This document shows, piece by piece, positions 8,846 through 19,025 of a stretch of 64,000 nucleotides of DNA. A program made the translations under genes and the position numbers. Origin of the DNA: Candidatus Moranbacteria bacterium GW2011_GWC2_40_12 (GTDB taxonomy: Bacteria; Patescibacteriota; Minisyncoccia; Moranbacterales; UBA11712); the NCBI GenBank assembly GCA_000995965.1, contig LBYD01000002.1, positions 270,563 to 334,562 of the forward strand. Direction: 5' to 3'. The notes under the pieces were generated by a model. That model did not search any database. It saw only the letters and a list, made by a program, of their open reading frames with translations, and had not been told where the DNA came from. Each line of letters begins with the position of its first letter. Within the stretch, counting starts at the first letter, position 1.

Positions 8846-9118
8846 ATGAAAATAGTTTTGAAGATAGATGATAACAATGTCGTCAGAATTTTTCTCTTTA
8901 AAGGGAAAAAAGAGAAAGAAAGCCTTGAGTGGAAAGAAGAAAACTCTCTTTCGCGGTTTTTGCTTGCCAATTTGGACAAACTTTTGCGCAAAAACGGCGC
9001 GGGCCTTGACAAAATTTCTGAATATAAGATAATAAGTGATGTGCCGGAGAATTGGACGAGTGCGAGGATTGCGAAGGTCACATTTGAAAGCCTCGAGATA
9101 GCGACCCTTGCCAAATAA
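8846..9118 (+). CDS. Hypothetical small protein (90 aa)
   Basis: ORF immediately after BRO-N gene; no motif. Confidence 0.3.
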   Translation: MKIVLKIDDNNVVRIFLFKGKKEKESLEWKEENSLSRFLLANLDKLLRKNGAGLDKISEYKIISDVPENWTSARIAKVTFESLEIATLAK

Positions 9119-9256
9119 AATGCCTCGTGCTAGATTATAAATACGATATCTAACTTTGGGGGATTTGGATATATTTTCGAAAAATAATTAAATACTTCTA
9201 ACTAAAACCACTTAGCCAAAACTCTTTGCTCCCCAGAAATTTCGCGGGGCGAAAGG

Positions 9257-12200
9257 TTGGAGAGTGGCGTGTCTTTTATGTCTTTGGGGCAAAAAACTCT
9301 CGGGGTGAAAGAGTCTTTCAGCCCACAATCCTCTCTGCGCAAGAGGAAATTTTTCAGACGGCTTCCGATGGTTTCTCTTCCCAACTTAATTGAGGGGCAA
9401 GTGGCTTCTTATGAATGGTTCATGAGAGAAGGCCTGAGGGAACTGCTTGACGAAGTGAATCCAATCAACGATTTCACGGGGAAGGATCTGGAGCTTTCTT
9501 TCGGAGAATATTATTTGGACGAGCCAAAATACGATGAAAAAACCTCGAAAGCGAAAAATATTTCTTTTGAGGCGCCTCTTCGCTCAAAAGTGAAGCTTCT
9601 CAACAAACAGACGGGAGAAGTGAAAGAGCAGGAAGTTTATCTCGGAGATATTCCCATCATGACCGAGCGGGGAACATTCATCATAAATGGCGTGGAACGC
9701 GTCGTTGTCAGCCAGCTTATTCGAAGCCCAGGCGTCTTTTTTACTATGGAATATAATAAAGGGCAGCGACTTTTTGGGGCGAAAATCATTCCTAACCGCG
9801 GAGCCTGGCTTGAAATGGAAACTGATCTTGACGGCGCCATTTGGGTGAAAATTGACCGGAAAAGAAAAATAGCCATCACGGCGCTTCTTCGCGCGTTTGG
9901 TTTTTCCAGCGATGAAAATCTGGTAAAAACCTTTTCAGACGTTGATACCGGAGAGAAAAAATATATTGAAGCTACGATTGATAAGGATACGACCAAAAAT
10001 CAAGGAGAAGGATTTCTAGAAGTTTATCGGCGCATCAGGCCGGGAGATTTAGCGACCCAGGAAAATGCCAAACAGATGATTGAAGCGATGTTTTTCAATT
10101 TTGAACGCTATGATTTCGGGAAAGTCGGGCGCTATCGCTTGAACCAAAGAATGGAAACGAAGTTTCCTGATGATGAAGCGCATCGGATCATGCGTCCGGA
10201 GGATTTGGCTGAAATTGTCAAAGAAATTATCCGTCTCAACAATGATCCAATGGCAAGTCCGGATGATATTGACCATTTAGGAAACCGCCGAGTGCGCTGT
10301 GTTGGAGAGCTGGTGCAGAACAAATTCCGGGCGGGTCTGGCGCGGATGTCTCGAAATATCAAAGACCGGATGAGTACCTGCGACCTTGCGACGGTTGTTC
10401 CGGGGCAGCTAATCAATTCCCGTCCGGTGGCAGCCGCGGTAAAAGAATTTTTCGCCTCCTCCCAACTTTCGCAGTTCATGGACCAGGTGAATCCTCTGGC
10501 GGAGCTTGAACACAAGAGAAGGCTTTCAGCGATGGGGCCGGGAGGACTGACCCGCGAACGGGCCGGCTTCGAAGTCCGCGACGTGCACCAATCACACTAC
10601 GGAAGGATTTGTCCAGTGCAGACTCCGGAAGGCCCAAATATCGGACTCGTGAATCATTTATCCTGCTATGCCCGAATCAACGAATACGGTTTTATCGAAA
10701 CTCCATACCGAAAAGTGACACACAAAAACGGAAAACATTTTGTTACGAAGGACATAGAGTATTTAAACGCTACCGTGGAAGACCGCAAAATCATCGCTCA
10801 CGCAGATACGGAAATCGACGAAGAAGGACGCATTTTGAATGAAATGCTCGAAGCGAGGGTAAAAGGGAAACCCTCGATGATTGAAGTAGGTCAAGTTGAT
10901 TATATTGATGTTTCTGCCAAACAATGCATTTCCGTTTCTACGGCGCTAATTCCTTTTCTAGAACACGATGACGCTCACCGGGCTCTCATGGGCTCGAACA
11001 TGCAGCGCCAAGCCGTTTCTTGTATTGTGCCCCAGGCGCCATTGGTCGGAACGGGGCTCGAAGACAAAGCGGCGGCAGATTCGGGGCAGGTGGTTCTGGC
11101 CCGGACAAACGGCGAAGTTGTCGAGGTTGACGCTGATCATATTACCTTAAAAGAGGAAGGTATTTCGGGAAAGTCAGCCAAAAGAACTTATCACCTTCAA
11201 AGCTTTGAGCGTTCAAACGCTTTCACCTGCATGAACCAGATTCCGCGTGTTGAAGCAGGCGAACAGGTGAAAAAAGGGCAACTTCTTGCGGACGGCGCTT
11301 CAACAGACAGCGGTGAACTGGCGCTGGGTCAGAACATTTTGGTAGCTCTTATGCCTTGGGAAGGCGCCAATTTTGAAGACGCGATTATTATTTCGGAAAG
11401 ACTTCTTCAGGATGACCGCTATACTTCGATTCACATCGAAGATTTCACAGTTGATATTCGCGACACAAAACTGGGGCCGGAAGTGGTGACGCGGGACATC
11501 CCAAATATTGGGGAAGAGCGACTCAAAAATCTTGACGATACGGGAATAATTCACATCGGAGCCGAGGTTTCTTCCGGCGATATCCTAATTGGAAAAATAT
11601 CTCCCAAGGGCGAGGGGGACCTCACTCCCGAAGAAAGATTGCTGAGGGCGATTTTCGGGGAGAAATCAAAAGACGTAAAGGATACCTCCCTTTATCTTCC
11701 TCACGGGGAACACGGAAAAGTGGTGGACATAAAGATTTTCTCGCGGGAACAAGGAGATAAGCTTCCCGCCGGCGTCATTCAGCAGATTCAGGTCAGTGTG
11801 GCCCAGCTTAGAAAAATTTCAGTTGGCGATAAACTGGCCGGCCGGCACGGAAACAAGGGTGTGATTTCTAAAATAGCTCCGGCTGAAGATATGCCCTATC
11901 TTCCCGATGGAACTCCAGTCGACATTATCCTCAATCCTTTGGGCGTGGCATCCCGCATGAACATTGGCCAGATTCTCGAAGCCCATTTAGGCTGGGCGGC
12001 GGATAAGCTTGGATACAAGGTGGCGAGCCCCTCTCTTGCCGGCGTGAGCGAGACTGATATCAAGACCGAACTGCGTGAAGCGGGACTCCCTGAAGATGGA
12101 AAAATCAGATTGATAAACGGAAAAACAGGCGAACACTTCGATGAAAAAACCATGGTTGGCCATATGTATATAATGAAACTCAATCATTTGGTTGAAGATA

Positions 12201-12562
12201 AAATTCATATGCGTTCGATCGGACCTTATTCTCTGATTACCCAGCAGCCGCTTGGCGGAAAAGCCCAATTTGGCGGTCAGCGGTTCGGGGAAATGGAAGT
12301 CTGGGCGCTGGAAGGATATGGCAGCGCCTATACTCTTCAGGAAATGCTGACGATCAAATCAGACGACGTTTTGGGCCGGTCTAAAGCCTATGAGTCAATA
12401 ATCAAAGGAGAAAAAATCAGAAATCCGAATGTGCCGGCTTCTTTCAACGTTCTTGTGAGCGAGCTCAAAGGACTCTGTCTCAATGTGGAACTGGTTGGGG
12501 AAAAGGAAGAGGCAAATAGCGGGAAGCCGGAGGAGAAAAAAGAAAAAGAGAAAGCCGAATAA
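9257..12562 (+). CDS. rpoB: DNA-directed RNA polymerase subunit beta (start may be internal, e.g. 9365 MVSLPNLIEGQ)
   Basis: Full-length RpoB signatures: 'LIEGQVASYEWF', 'GELVQNKFRAGL', 'GRHGNKGV', 'ITQQPLGGKAQFGGQRFGEMEVWALE'. Confidence 0.97.
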   Translation: MESGVSFMSLGQKTLGVKESFSPQSSLRKRKFFRRLPMVSLPNLIEGQVASYEWFMREGLRELLDEVNPINDFTGKDLELSFGEYYLDEPKYDEKTSKAKNISFEAPLRSKVKLLNKQTGEVKEQEVYLGDIPIMTERGTFIINGVERVVVSQLIRSPGVFFTMEYNKGQRLFGAKIIPNRGAWLEMETDLDGAIWVKIDRKRKIAITALLRAFGFSSDENLVKTFSDVDTGEKKYIEATIDKDTTKNQGEGFLEVYRRIRPGDLATQENAKQMIEAMFFNFERYDFGKVGRYRLNQRMETKFPDDEAHRIMRPEDLAEIVKEIIRLNNDPMASPDDIDHLGNRRVRCVGELVQNKFRAGLARMSRNIKDRMSTCDLATVVPGQLINSRPVAAAVKEFFASSQLSQFMDQVNPLAELEHKRRLSAMGPGGLTRERAGFEVRDVHQSHYGRICPVQTPEGPNIGLVNHLSCYARINEYGFIETPYRKVTHKNGKHFVTKDIEYLNATVEDRKIIAHADTEIDEEGRILNEMLEARVKGKPSMIEVGQVDYIDVSAKQCISVSTALIPFLEHDDAHRALMGSNMQRQAVSCIVPQAPLVGTGLEDKAAADSGQVVLARTNGEVVEVDADHITLKEEGISGKSAKRTYHLQSFERSNAFTCMNQIPRVEAGEQVKKGQLLADGASTDSGELALGQNILVALMPWEGANFEDAIIISERLLQDDRYTSIHIEDFTVDIRDTKLGPEVVTRDIPNIGEERLKNLDDTGIIHIGAEVSSGDILIGKISPKGEGDLTPEERLLRAIFGEKSKDVKDTSLYLPHGEHGKVVDIKIFSREQGDKLPAGVIQQIQVSVAQLRKISVGDKLAGRHGNKGVISKIAPAEDMPYLPDGTPVDIILNPLGVASRMNIGQILEAHLGWAADKLGYKVASPSLAGVSETDIKTELREAGLPEDGKIRLINGKTGEHFDEKTMVGHMYIMKLNHLVEDKIHMRSIGPYSLITQQPLGGKAQFGGQRFGEMEVWALEGYGSAYTLQEMLTIKSDDVLGRSKAYESIIKGEKIRNPNVPASFNVLVSELKGLCLNVELVGEKEEANSGKPEEKKEKEKAE

Positions 12563-12580
12563 TCAAATTATTTTTGCAAT

Positions 12581-15500
12581 ATGAATCAGCCTTCCATTAC
12601 TCGAGTATCCGATTTTGATTCTATCCGCCTGCGCTTGGCCAGTCCCGATAATATATTGAACTGGTCGCACGGCGAGGTAACCAAGCCGGAAACTATAAAT
12701 TATCGCACCCAGCGCTATGAACGCGACGGCCTTTTTTGCGAAAAAATCTTCGGACCGGCCAAAGACTGGGAGTGTTATTGCGGAAAATACAAAAAAATAC
12801 GCTATAAAGGGATTGTTTGTGACAAGTGCGGAGTGGAAGTGACCCGGTCCATTGTTCGCCGAGAGCGCACCGGACATATCAAGCTGGCGGTGCCAGTTTC
12901 GCATATTTGGTTTTTGCGTGGCGTGCCTTCAAAAATCGGGTTGGCGCTTGGCATGACTGCCCAGGACCTTGAAAAAGTTGTCTACTTCGCGAGCTACGTG
13001 GTCATGGAAATTGATGAAGAAGCTCGCAAAGAAACCCTCGCTCGCATTGATTCAGAATACAAAGGCAAACAAAAGAAAATAAAAAGCGAAGCCGAACCGG
13101 GCCAGGAAAAGACAGGCGAACTGAAAAGCGCCTACCAAATCAGCCGCGACGAAATCAAGAATCTGAAGTTGTTCCAAATTCTTTCCGAGGTGGAATATTT
13201 CAATCTCTCCCTGAAATACGGGCATGTTTTCAAAGCTGGAATTGGAGCGGAAGCCATTCGCCGTCTTCTTGAGGAAATTGATCTCGGGAAAGAAATTGAA
13301 AAAATTGAAAAGGCTCTCCAAGACGACAAATCTTCCGACAAAAAAAAGATGCTCAAAAGGCTGAAACTTTTCCAGGGAATGAAACAGTCAGGAATCCGTC
13401 CCGAGTGGATGCTCCCAACGGCTATTCCGGTTATTCCCCCCGATCTTCGTCCGATGGTTCAGCTCGACGGGGGACGCTTTGCCACTTCGGATCTCAATGA
13501 TCTTTATCGTCGCATTATCAATCGCAACAACCGCCTGAAAAAACTCATTGAAATCGGAGCGCCGGAAGTGATTTCCCGCAACGAAAAACGGATGCTTCAA
13601 GAGGCGGTAGACGCTCTCTTCGACAATAGTGCCCGGCGAGGTCAGACTTCAGTTGCGGCCTCCACTGGACAAAGAAGAGCGCTTCGATCTCTTGCGGATA
13701 TGCTCAAAGGAAAGCAAGGTCGGTTTCGGCAAAACCTTTTGGGGAAGCGGGTTGATTATTCCGGTCGCAGTGTTATCGTGGTTGGCCCGCGACTCAAACT
13801 TCACCAGTGCGGTCTTCCCAAGAAAATGGCTCTCGAACTATTCAAACCTTTCATCATCAACAATCTGATTGAAAAAGGATTCGCCCACAACGTCCGGTCG
13901 GCTGGAAAAATGGTTGAATATGAAGCCGAAGAAGCCTACGAAATGCTGGACGACATCATCGAACACCACTACGTCCTCCTTAATCGCGCGCCGACCCTCC
14001 ATCGTTTGAGTATTCAGGCCTTTCAACCTGTGCTGATTGAAGGAAAAGCCATTCAGATCCATCCAATGGTTTGCGCCGCATTCAATGCCGATTTCGACGG
14101 TGATCAAATGGCGGTTCATGTTCCTCTTACGGAAGAGGCCAGGCGGGAAGCAGGAGAAATCATGCTTTCATCCAAAAATCTTCTGAAACCGGCGAGCGGC
14201 GAGCCGATCACGATCCCTTCCCAGGATATGGTGCTTGGCTGTTACTATATGACTCATTTTGTAAAAGGCAGGAAAGGCGAGGGAAAAATATTTTCCGGAA
14301 AAGAGGAAGCTATTCTGGCCTACCACACGGGATATCTGGAGCTTCAGAGTGAAATCGAAGTTGAACTGGACGGCGGGCGAGTGAAAACTTCAGTCGGCCG
14401 GGTTCTTTTCAATGAAATTGTTCCCAAAGAAATCGGTTTTGTCAATCAAGAGCTCGACAAAGGAAAGCTTCGGGAATTGGTTGGGAAATGTCTCGCGGCG
14501 ACATCTTCAGAGGAAACAGCAAAGTTCGTGGATAATCTCAAAAATCTGGCGTTTGGCATCGTTACCCGTTCAGGTCTGAGTTGGGGAATGGACGACCTCT
14601 TGGTTCCAGAAAAGAAAAAAGACATTATCCAGGAAGCCGAGGACCAAGTGGATATTGTCAACAAACAATTTGAAATGGGGCTTCTCACTCACGCGGAACG
14701 GAAAAACCGCATTATCGAAATATGGAATGAAGCCAAAAACAAAATTACTGATGCTGTCCGCGCTTCTCTCGACAGGGAAGGGCCGGTTTATTCGATGGTA
14801 TATTCAAAAGCCCGCGGAACCGAAGCGGTGGTTGTTCAAATGACTGGGATGAAAGGTCTCGTGGCCGGACCTACTGGAGAAACAATCGAGCTTCCTATCC
14901 GGTCTTCTTTCAAGGAAGGTTTCAATGTTTTGGAATATTTCATTGCTACTCACGGCGCGAGAAAAGGTATGGCGGATACGGCTCTTCGAACGGCAACAGC
15001 TGGATATCTGACTCGGCGTCTCGTGGACGTGTCTCAGGATATGGTTGTGCGCGATCCAGATTGCGCCGACGAAGAGGGAGGCTGGATATATCGGGATGAT
15101 TCGGTTGTTGCCGGTGTCAGTTTTTCCTCCCGAATTGCCGGCCGGATTCTTCTTGAAAACGCCGTTGATCCCAAGACAAAAAAAATTATTGCTAAAAAAG
15201 GGGAAATGATCACCAAAGAAGAAGGGGAGGAAATTGAAAAAAAAGGAATTGAAAAAGTGAAAATACGCTCTATCATTACCTGCAAAACGCGCCGGGGAGT
15301 CTGCCAAAAATGCTACGGACTTGACCTTGGAAGAAATGAATTGGTCCAGATCGGCCAGGCGGTTGGGATCGTGGCGGCCCAAGCTATCGGCGAGCCGGGG
15401 ACCCAGCTCACGATGAGAACTTTTCATATCGGAGGAGTGGCCGGGACGGACATCACCCAGGGACTTCCCCGGGTGGATGAAATTTTTGAAGCCCGTCCGC

Positions 15501-16162
15501 CAAAAGGTGAAGCGGCGGTTTCGGAAGTCGACGGAAAAGTGGCTGAAATCACCGAAACGGAAAAAGACAAGATTATCCGCGTGGAAGCGGAAGGGCCGAA
15601 AAAGAAAAAAGACATTCATGAGTATGTCGTTTCGGCTGTGATGAACCTCAATGTTCAAAAAGGAGATCTCGTCACCCGCGGCCAAGTTCTTTCCGAAGGG
15701 CATCTGGATCTCAAAAAGCTTTTCAAGATAAAAGGGCGGGAAGTTGTTCACCGCTATATCACAAAAGAAGTGCAGGAAATTTACAGCGCTCAGGGAGAGG
15801 GCATCAACGACAAGCATATCGAAGTGATCATCCGCCAGATGCTTTCGCGCGTGCGCATTCTCGATCCGGGCGACACCAGTCTTCTTCCAGGCGACACAGT
15901 CGAAGAAGTCCAGCTTCAAGAGGCCAATGAAGCGGCCAAGAAAGCAGGAGGAAATGTGGCCACGGCTGAAAAGCTCCTGCTCGGAATATCGAAAGTCGCC
16001 CTTTCAACAGAAAGTTTCCTTTCGGCGGCGTCCTTCCAGGAAACAGCTAAAGTCCTCATCAACGCGGCCGTCACCGGAAAAGAAGACCGCCTGCGGGGAC
16101 TAAAAGAAAATGTGATTATCGGAAAACTAATCCCGGCCGGAACAGGGTATCGGAAGCAATAA
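12581..16162 (+). CDS. rpoC: DNA-directed RNA polymerase subunit beta'
   Basis: Zn-finger '[23 protein letters not shown]', '[14 protein letters not shown]' catalytic motif, 'RPPKGEAAV' trigger loop region. Confidence 0.97.
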   Translation: MNQPSITRVSDFDSIRLRLASPDNILNWSHGEVTKPETINYRTQRYERDGLFCEKIFGPAKDWECYCGKYKKIRYKGIVCDKCGVEVTRSIVRRERTGHIKLAVPVSHIWFLRGVPSKIGLALGMTAQDLEKVVYFASYVVMEIDEEARKETLARIDSEYKGKQKKIKSEAEPGQEKTGELKSAYQISRDEIKNLKLFQILSEVEYFNLSLKYGHVFKAGIGAEAIRRLLEEIDLGKEIEKIEKALQDDKSSDKKKMLKRLKLFQGMKQSGIRPEWMLPTAIPVIPPDLRPMVQLDGGRFATSDLNDLYRRIINRNNRLKKLIEIGAPEVISRNEKRMLQEAVDALFDNSARRGQTSVAASTGQRRALRSLADMLKGKQGRFRQNLLGKRVDYSGRSVIVVGPRLKLHQCGLPKKMALELFKPFIINNLIEKGFAHNVRSAGKMVEYEAEEAYEMLDDIIEHHYVLLNRAPTLHRLSIQAFQPVLIEGKAIQIHPMVCAAFNADFDGDQMAVHVPLTEEARREAGEIMLSSKNLLKPASGEPITIPSQDMVLGCYYMTHFVKGRKGEGKIFSGKEEAILAYHTGYLELQSEIEVELDGGRVKTSVGRVLFNEIVPKEIGFVNQELDKGKLRELVGKCLAATSSEETAKFVDNLKNLAFGIVTRSGLSWGMDDLLVPEKKKDIIQEAEDQVDIVNKQFEMGLLTHAERKNRIIEIWNEAKNKITDAVRASLDREGPVYSMVYSKARGTEAVVVQMTGMKGLVAGPTGETIELPIRSSFKEGFNVLEYFIATHGARKGMADTALRTATAGYLTRRLVDVSQDMVVRDPDCADEEGGWIYRDDSVVAGVSFSSRIAGRILLENAVDPKTKKIIAKKGEMITKEEGEEIEKKGIEKVKIRSIITCKTRRGVCQKCYGLDLGRNELVQIGQAVGIVAAQAIGEPGTQLTMRTFHIGGVAGTDITQGLPRVDEIFEARPPKGEAAVSEVDGKVAEITETEKDKIIRVEAEGPKKKKDIHEYVVSAVMNLNVQKGDLVTRGQVLSEGHLDLKKLFKIKGREVVHRYITKEVQEIYSAQGEGINDKHIEVIIRQMLSRVRILDPGDTSLLPGDTVEEVQLQEANEAAKKAGGNVATAEKLLLGISKVALSTESFLSAASFQETAKVLINAAVTGKEDRLRGLKENVIIGKLIPAGTGYRKQ

Positions 16163-16202
16163 TTGGAAAGTATCGAAAAATATTTGGTATTTCGCATAAA
16201 GA

Positions 16203-16226
16203 AAATCCGCCTTGGGCGGATTTTTC
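16203..16226 (+). terminator. Rho-independent terminator after rpoC (aaaatccgccttgggcggattttt)
   Basis: Hairpin ccgcc-ttgg-gcgg + T-run. Confidence 0.7.
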
Positions 16227-16545
16227 TTATGGGGAAAAGATTTAAATTTTAAAACCACAAATGCAATTTATGATTTTGGAAAAGAGGGAGTGAAATATAT
16301 TCTAATAATATAATTCATATCACTTCTCAATTCCTATTCTAACCCTACATTATACGCTTATTTTATGCTTTTGTCAATCTCCCGTGAAACATTTTGAAAT
16401 ACGCTGTGAAACGAAGAATGACGCCTCATATAAAGCATTATTTCGTAAAAAACAACCTTTGCAGGTTATTTTCAAAAAACAAAATACGCCTAAAGATTTG
16501 AATCCAAACTTGAGCTGATTTATTCGCTTTTACTCTCCATAACCT

Positions 16546-16701
16546 TCATCTCCGCGACGCGAGGGCGGCGAGAATGAGCCCGGCTACGTTCACCAGAACC
16601 AGAAGCCCCGCGACCACGAGAGTCGAGACGATGGAGAAGGCGCCATAGAGGCCGTATCTCCCGTGCCGATACTCAGCGGGAGAAATCCAACGCTTTTTCA
16701 T
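16546..16701 (-). CDS. Candidate 51-aa single-TM hydrophobic peptide (MKKRWISPAEYRHGRYGLYGAFSIVSTLVVAGLLVLVNVAGLILAALASRR), locally GC-rich
   Basis: Uninterrupted ATG..TGA ORF below the ORF-track cutoff; strongly hydrophobic C-terminal helix; GC ~60% versus AT-rich surroundings; no obvious SD. Confidence 0.3.
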   Translation of the reverse strand: MKKRWISPAEYRHGRYGLYGAFSIVSTLVVAGLLVLVNVAGLILAALASRR

Positions 16702-16887
16702 AACGATAGCCTAATAATTAGCTATCTTTATTTTTTCCGCCAAATCTGGCGGACAAAACAGCCTATCATGAGGAAAAAAATCTGTCAACAAAAAAATCCC
16801 GAAACAACAAAAAAGGCTTATAAAAAGCCAAATTAATCTATTTCTAAAGTCAAACCCGGAGGGAAAGACTAAATCTACACATATTTC

Positions 16888-16913
16888 AATTGTATCATAA
16901 TAACACGGCCGTC
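16888..16913. repeat. 26-bp direct repeat copy 1 (caattgtatcataataacacggccgtc)
   Basis: Matches 17497-17524 with 2 mismatches; together they bracket the 16928-17485 gene. Confidence 0.6.
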
Positions 16914-16927
16914 TTATTATGATACAA

Positions 16928-17485
16928 CTATCTTCTAAAAAAATGCCTTTTGAGGGCGGGTTCGCTGTCGATGTTTGTCGCGGTGACAACCCTAACATAA
17001 GGCTGGGCCGAATAAAGTGAGACAAGCTCCTGGATGGGCTTTTCAAATGGATGCGGAGAAACAAAAACGCTGTGCTGGAGTTTCAAAAATTTGAGCGTCC
17101 GCAAATGCTCGCGCAGAATATCGCGAAACAGCCGATTTTTCTCCGGAATGTCGAAAAGAACGAGCCGCCATTTTCCATCCCAGCGCTTCGGCCTTTTGAA
17201 ATTTATGGAGCTTCCGATGAGACTCAATATTTTCGCTTCCCGTTTGCCTCTTGTCGTCAGAACCAGTCTGAAAGATCCGTCAGGGAGCCTTTTTTCTTTA
17301 AGGAGTTTTTCATCGGAGAGACGGTGCAAAGAGCGGTTGAAATTCCGTTGGTCAATTTTTCTCCATTCTGACCGCATGAGGCGTAGTGTCCGGTAGTATT
17401 GCCAGGGAGATCGAGAAAAGCCGAGGGCAACACTGCCCATAAGAGCTATGAGTATCTTTTTTTGCACAGGTCCGAATTTATACAT
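16928..17485 (-). CDS. wHTH-like N-terminus fused to Cas2-like domain (PaaX-like architecture); solo, no CRISPR/cas1 nearby
   Basis: 'WRLVLFDIPEKNRLFRDILREHLRTLKFLKLQHSVFVSP...YVRVVTAT' resembles Cas2 core (Y/FDI..D..R.R....L...G.R.Q.SVF.C ... vRvy); N-terminal ~95 aa basic/helical. Confidence 0.5.
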   Translation of the reverse strand: MYKFGPVQKKILIALMGSVALGFSRSPWQYYRTLRLMRSEWRKIDQRNFNRSLHRLSDEKLLKEKRLPDGSFRLVLTTRGKREAKILSLIGSSINFKRPKRWDGKWRLVLFDIPEKNRLFRDILREHLRTLKFLKLQHSVFVSPHPFEKPIQELVSLYSAQPYVRVVTATNIDSEPALKRHFFRR

Positions 17486-17496
17486 GGTCCAATTTC

Positions 17497-17524
17497 CATT
17501 GTATCATAATTATACGGCCGTGGA
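17497..17524. repeat. 26-bp direct repeat copy 2 (ccattgtatcataattatacggccgtgg); contains minus-strand CCGTATAAT -10-like box ~25 nt upstream of ATG 17485
   Basis: See copy 1; a third partial inverted copy AATTATACGGCCGTGG at 61927-61942. Confidence 0.6.
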
Positions 17525-17653
17525 AAGATGATGCGTTGCGGGGTTCTGTAGGGGGAGGATCCTGAATGTGGAGGCTCCTGAAGTTGGACTTTAGGAATGA
17601 TTATCCCGCAGTTTTAAAATCTCTTCAACTGATTGATTATTATTATAACTCAT

Positions 17654-17686
17654 TGAAAAACAAAGACCAGCCCACGGTGGGGCTGG
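17654..17686 (-). terminator. Rho-independent terminator for minus-strand operon (ccagccccaccgtgggctgg + T-run on minus strand)
   Basis: Perfect 8-bp stem hairpin followed by U-run in minus orientation, just 3' of gene ending 17693. Confidence 0.7.
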
Positions 17687-17692
17687 TGTGAG

Positions 17693-18079
17693 TCAGGCCT
17701 TTTTTATTGAGAATATCTCGAGCGTTATGCTCCCGTCAACATGGAAAGTCACTTTTGGCGCAAGTTCAAATTCAATGCTTGTTATGAATTCTTTTGCACT
17801 TTCCCAGGCTTTTTGCAGTCGCCCTCTTTTTTTTGGGTCGAGTTTGAGGTTAAAGAATAGGAAATGACCGTAAAGCTTTGTTTGAACGGGCATTCCATTT
17901 TGATATATTAATACCCCCAGAGTAACCCCTTGTTTTTGCCGAAGTTTTTCAGCAGAAATGGCCATGTCTAGGAAATCTTCCCATGCCTCTGCTTCCAGAT
18001 GCTTTAGCTCCTTTTTACTCAAAACCTCTTTCAGTTCTTTAATTGCCTTATCTGTCGTAAGAAATTGACCCTCGGCCAT
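17693..18079 (-). CDS. Hypothetical soluble protein (128 aa), third gene of XRE/ImmA operon
   Basis: No TM, no known motif; 58-nt gap after ImmA-like gene, same strand. Confidence 0.45.
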   Translation of the reverse strand: MAEGQFLTTDKAIKELKEVLSKKELKHLEAEAWEDFLDMAISAEKLRQKQGVTLGVLIYQNGMPVQTKLYGHFLFFNLKLDPKKRGRLQKAWESAKEFITSIEFELAPKVTFHVDGSITLEIFSIKKA

Positions 18080-18137
18080 GACGAATCCCTCCTTGTTTAG
18101 CTTTTTTTGCTTCCAAAAAGTTAAATCTTAATAATTC

Positions 18138-18659
18138 TCATTCATTGCCTAACTTTAACTCTTTTGCTCTATAATAAATTGCATCACCCGAAACGCCAAA
18201 GAATTTTGCCAACCTTGCCCTCTTCCATATATCTCCATCGGTTATAGAATTCCACTTATCGCGAAACAGTATCTTGGGCATCAAAAAAGCCGCCGCGAAT
18301 CTTTCACAGAATCTTTCTTCGCCCCAGGCAGAATAAATATCCCCAGTTGAGAAACCATACTTTAATCCCGAGTTTCTGATTATATGCGCAATTTCATGAC
18401 ATAAGGTGAATCTTTGCCTATATTCCGGTTCCTTGGAATTTATCCAGATTTGGAAAATATTTCTCGCAGGATCGAAATACTCAAGTCCCGATGGTTTGAA
18501 TTCTTTTGAATCGGTATGAGAAATTTTCACTCTTATTCCAAGATTCTCTTCTGTCCATTTAATCAAGGAAAATTCTGAAGGCATTTCCTCTTTTATGCCG
18601 TCGTAAATCGCTTTGGCAATATCTTCTGCATTTAGATTTATTCCTTCATATGATTTCAT
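18138..18659 (-). CDS. ImmA/IrrE-family metallopeptidase (DUF955/COG2856-like), HEXXH 'HEIAH'
   Basis: 'FTLCHEIAHIIRN' zinc-metallopeptidase motif; overlaps upstream XRE gene by 4 nt (ATGA). Confidence 0.7.
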   Translation of the reverse strand: MKSYEGINLNAEDIAKAIYDGIKEEMPSEFSLIKWTEENLGIRVKISHTDSKEFKPSGLEYFDPARNIFQIWINSKEPEYRQRFTLCHEIAHIIRNSGLKYGFSTGDIYSAWGEERFCERFAAAFLMPKILFRDKWNSITDGDIWKRARLAKFFGVSGDAIYYRAKELKLGNE

Positions 18660-18985
18660 ACTCGCTTTCCGAAATTATCGATTAAATCTTCAATTAACTT
18701 CACATCAATCTCATTTTTAATTTTGTATTTTTTCCGCAAATACATTCTTAGAGGAGATGGCTCATTCTGCTCAATGACATTAAGATTATCAAGTATCTCT
18801 TTGACTTTAATACCTAATCCTTGAGCAAGTTTTATGATTGAATGCAGGGAAATATTTTTTTTGTCAAAATCTCCTTTCTCAATACGCGAAATGAAGGCCT
18901 TTGATAAGCTTGATCTTTCGGACAGTTCGTCGATCGTAAGAGATTTGTTATCCCTATATTTTTTAACAATATTACTTAGTTGCAT
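18656..18985 (-). CDS. XRE-family helix-turn-helix transcriptional regulator
   Basis: 'KSLTIDELSERSSLSKAFISRIEKGD' canonical Cro/C1 HTH; 109 aa. Confidence 0.75.
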   Translation of the reverse strand: MQLSNIVKKYRDNKSLTIDELSERSSLSKAFISRIEKGDFDKKNISLHSIIKLAQGLGIKVKEILDNLNVIEQNEPSPLRMYLRKKYKIKNEIDVKLIEDLIDNFGKRV

Positions 18986-18997
18986 AGAGTATAATTA

Positions 18998-19025
18998 AGT
19001 TTATCACAGTGAATATTTCTGTCAA
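18998..19025 (-). promoter_or_regulatory. Minus-strand promoter TTGACA-16-TAAACT with embedded palindrome TCACTGTGA (candidate XRE operator)
   Basis: Read on minus strand: TTGACAgaaatattCACTGTGAtaaact...ATG; perfect 9-bp palindrome in spacer. Confidence 0.45.

Noticed and set aside
9637-12268. Several 84-127-aa minus-strand ORFs
   Set aside because: All antisense within rpoB.
14804-15919. 371-aa minus-strand ORF
   Set aside because: Lies entirely antisense within rpoC; Phe/Asn-rich translation typical of antisense of a conserved gene; no RBS context.
16711-17064. 117-aa minus-strand ORF
   Set aside because: Overlaps the 3' end of the Cas2-like gene and the direct repeat/promoter region; low-complexity translation.
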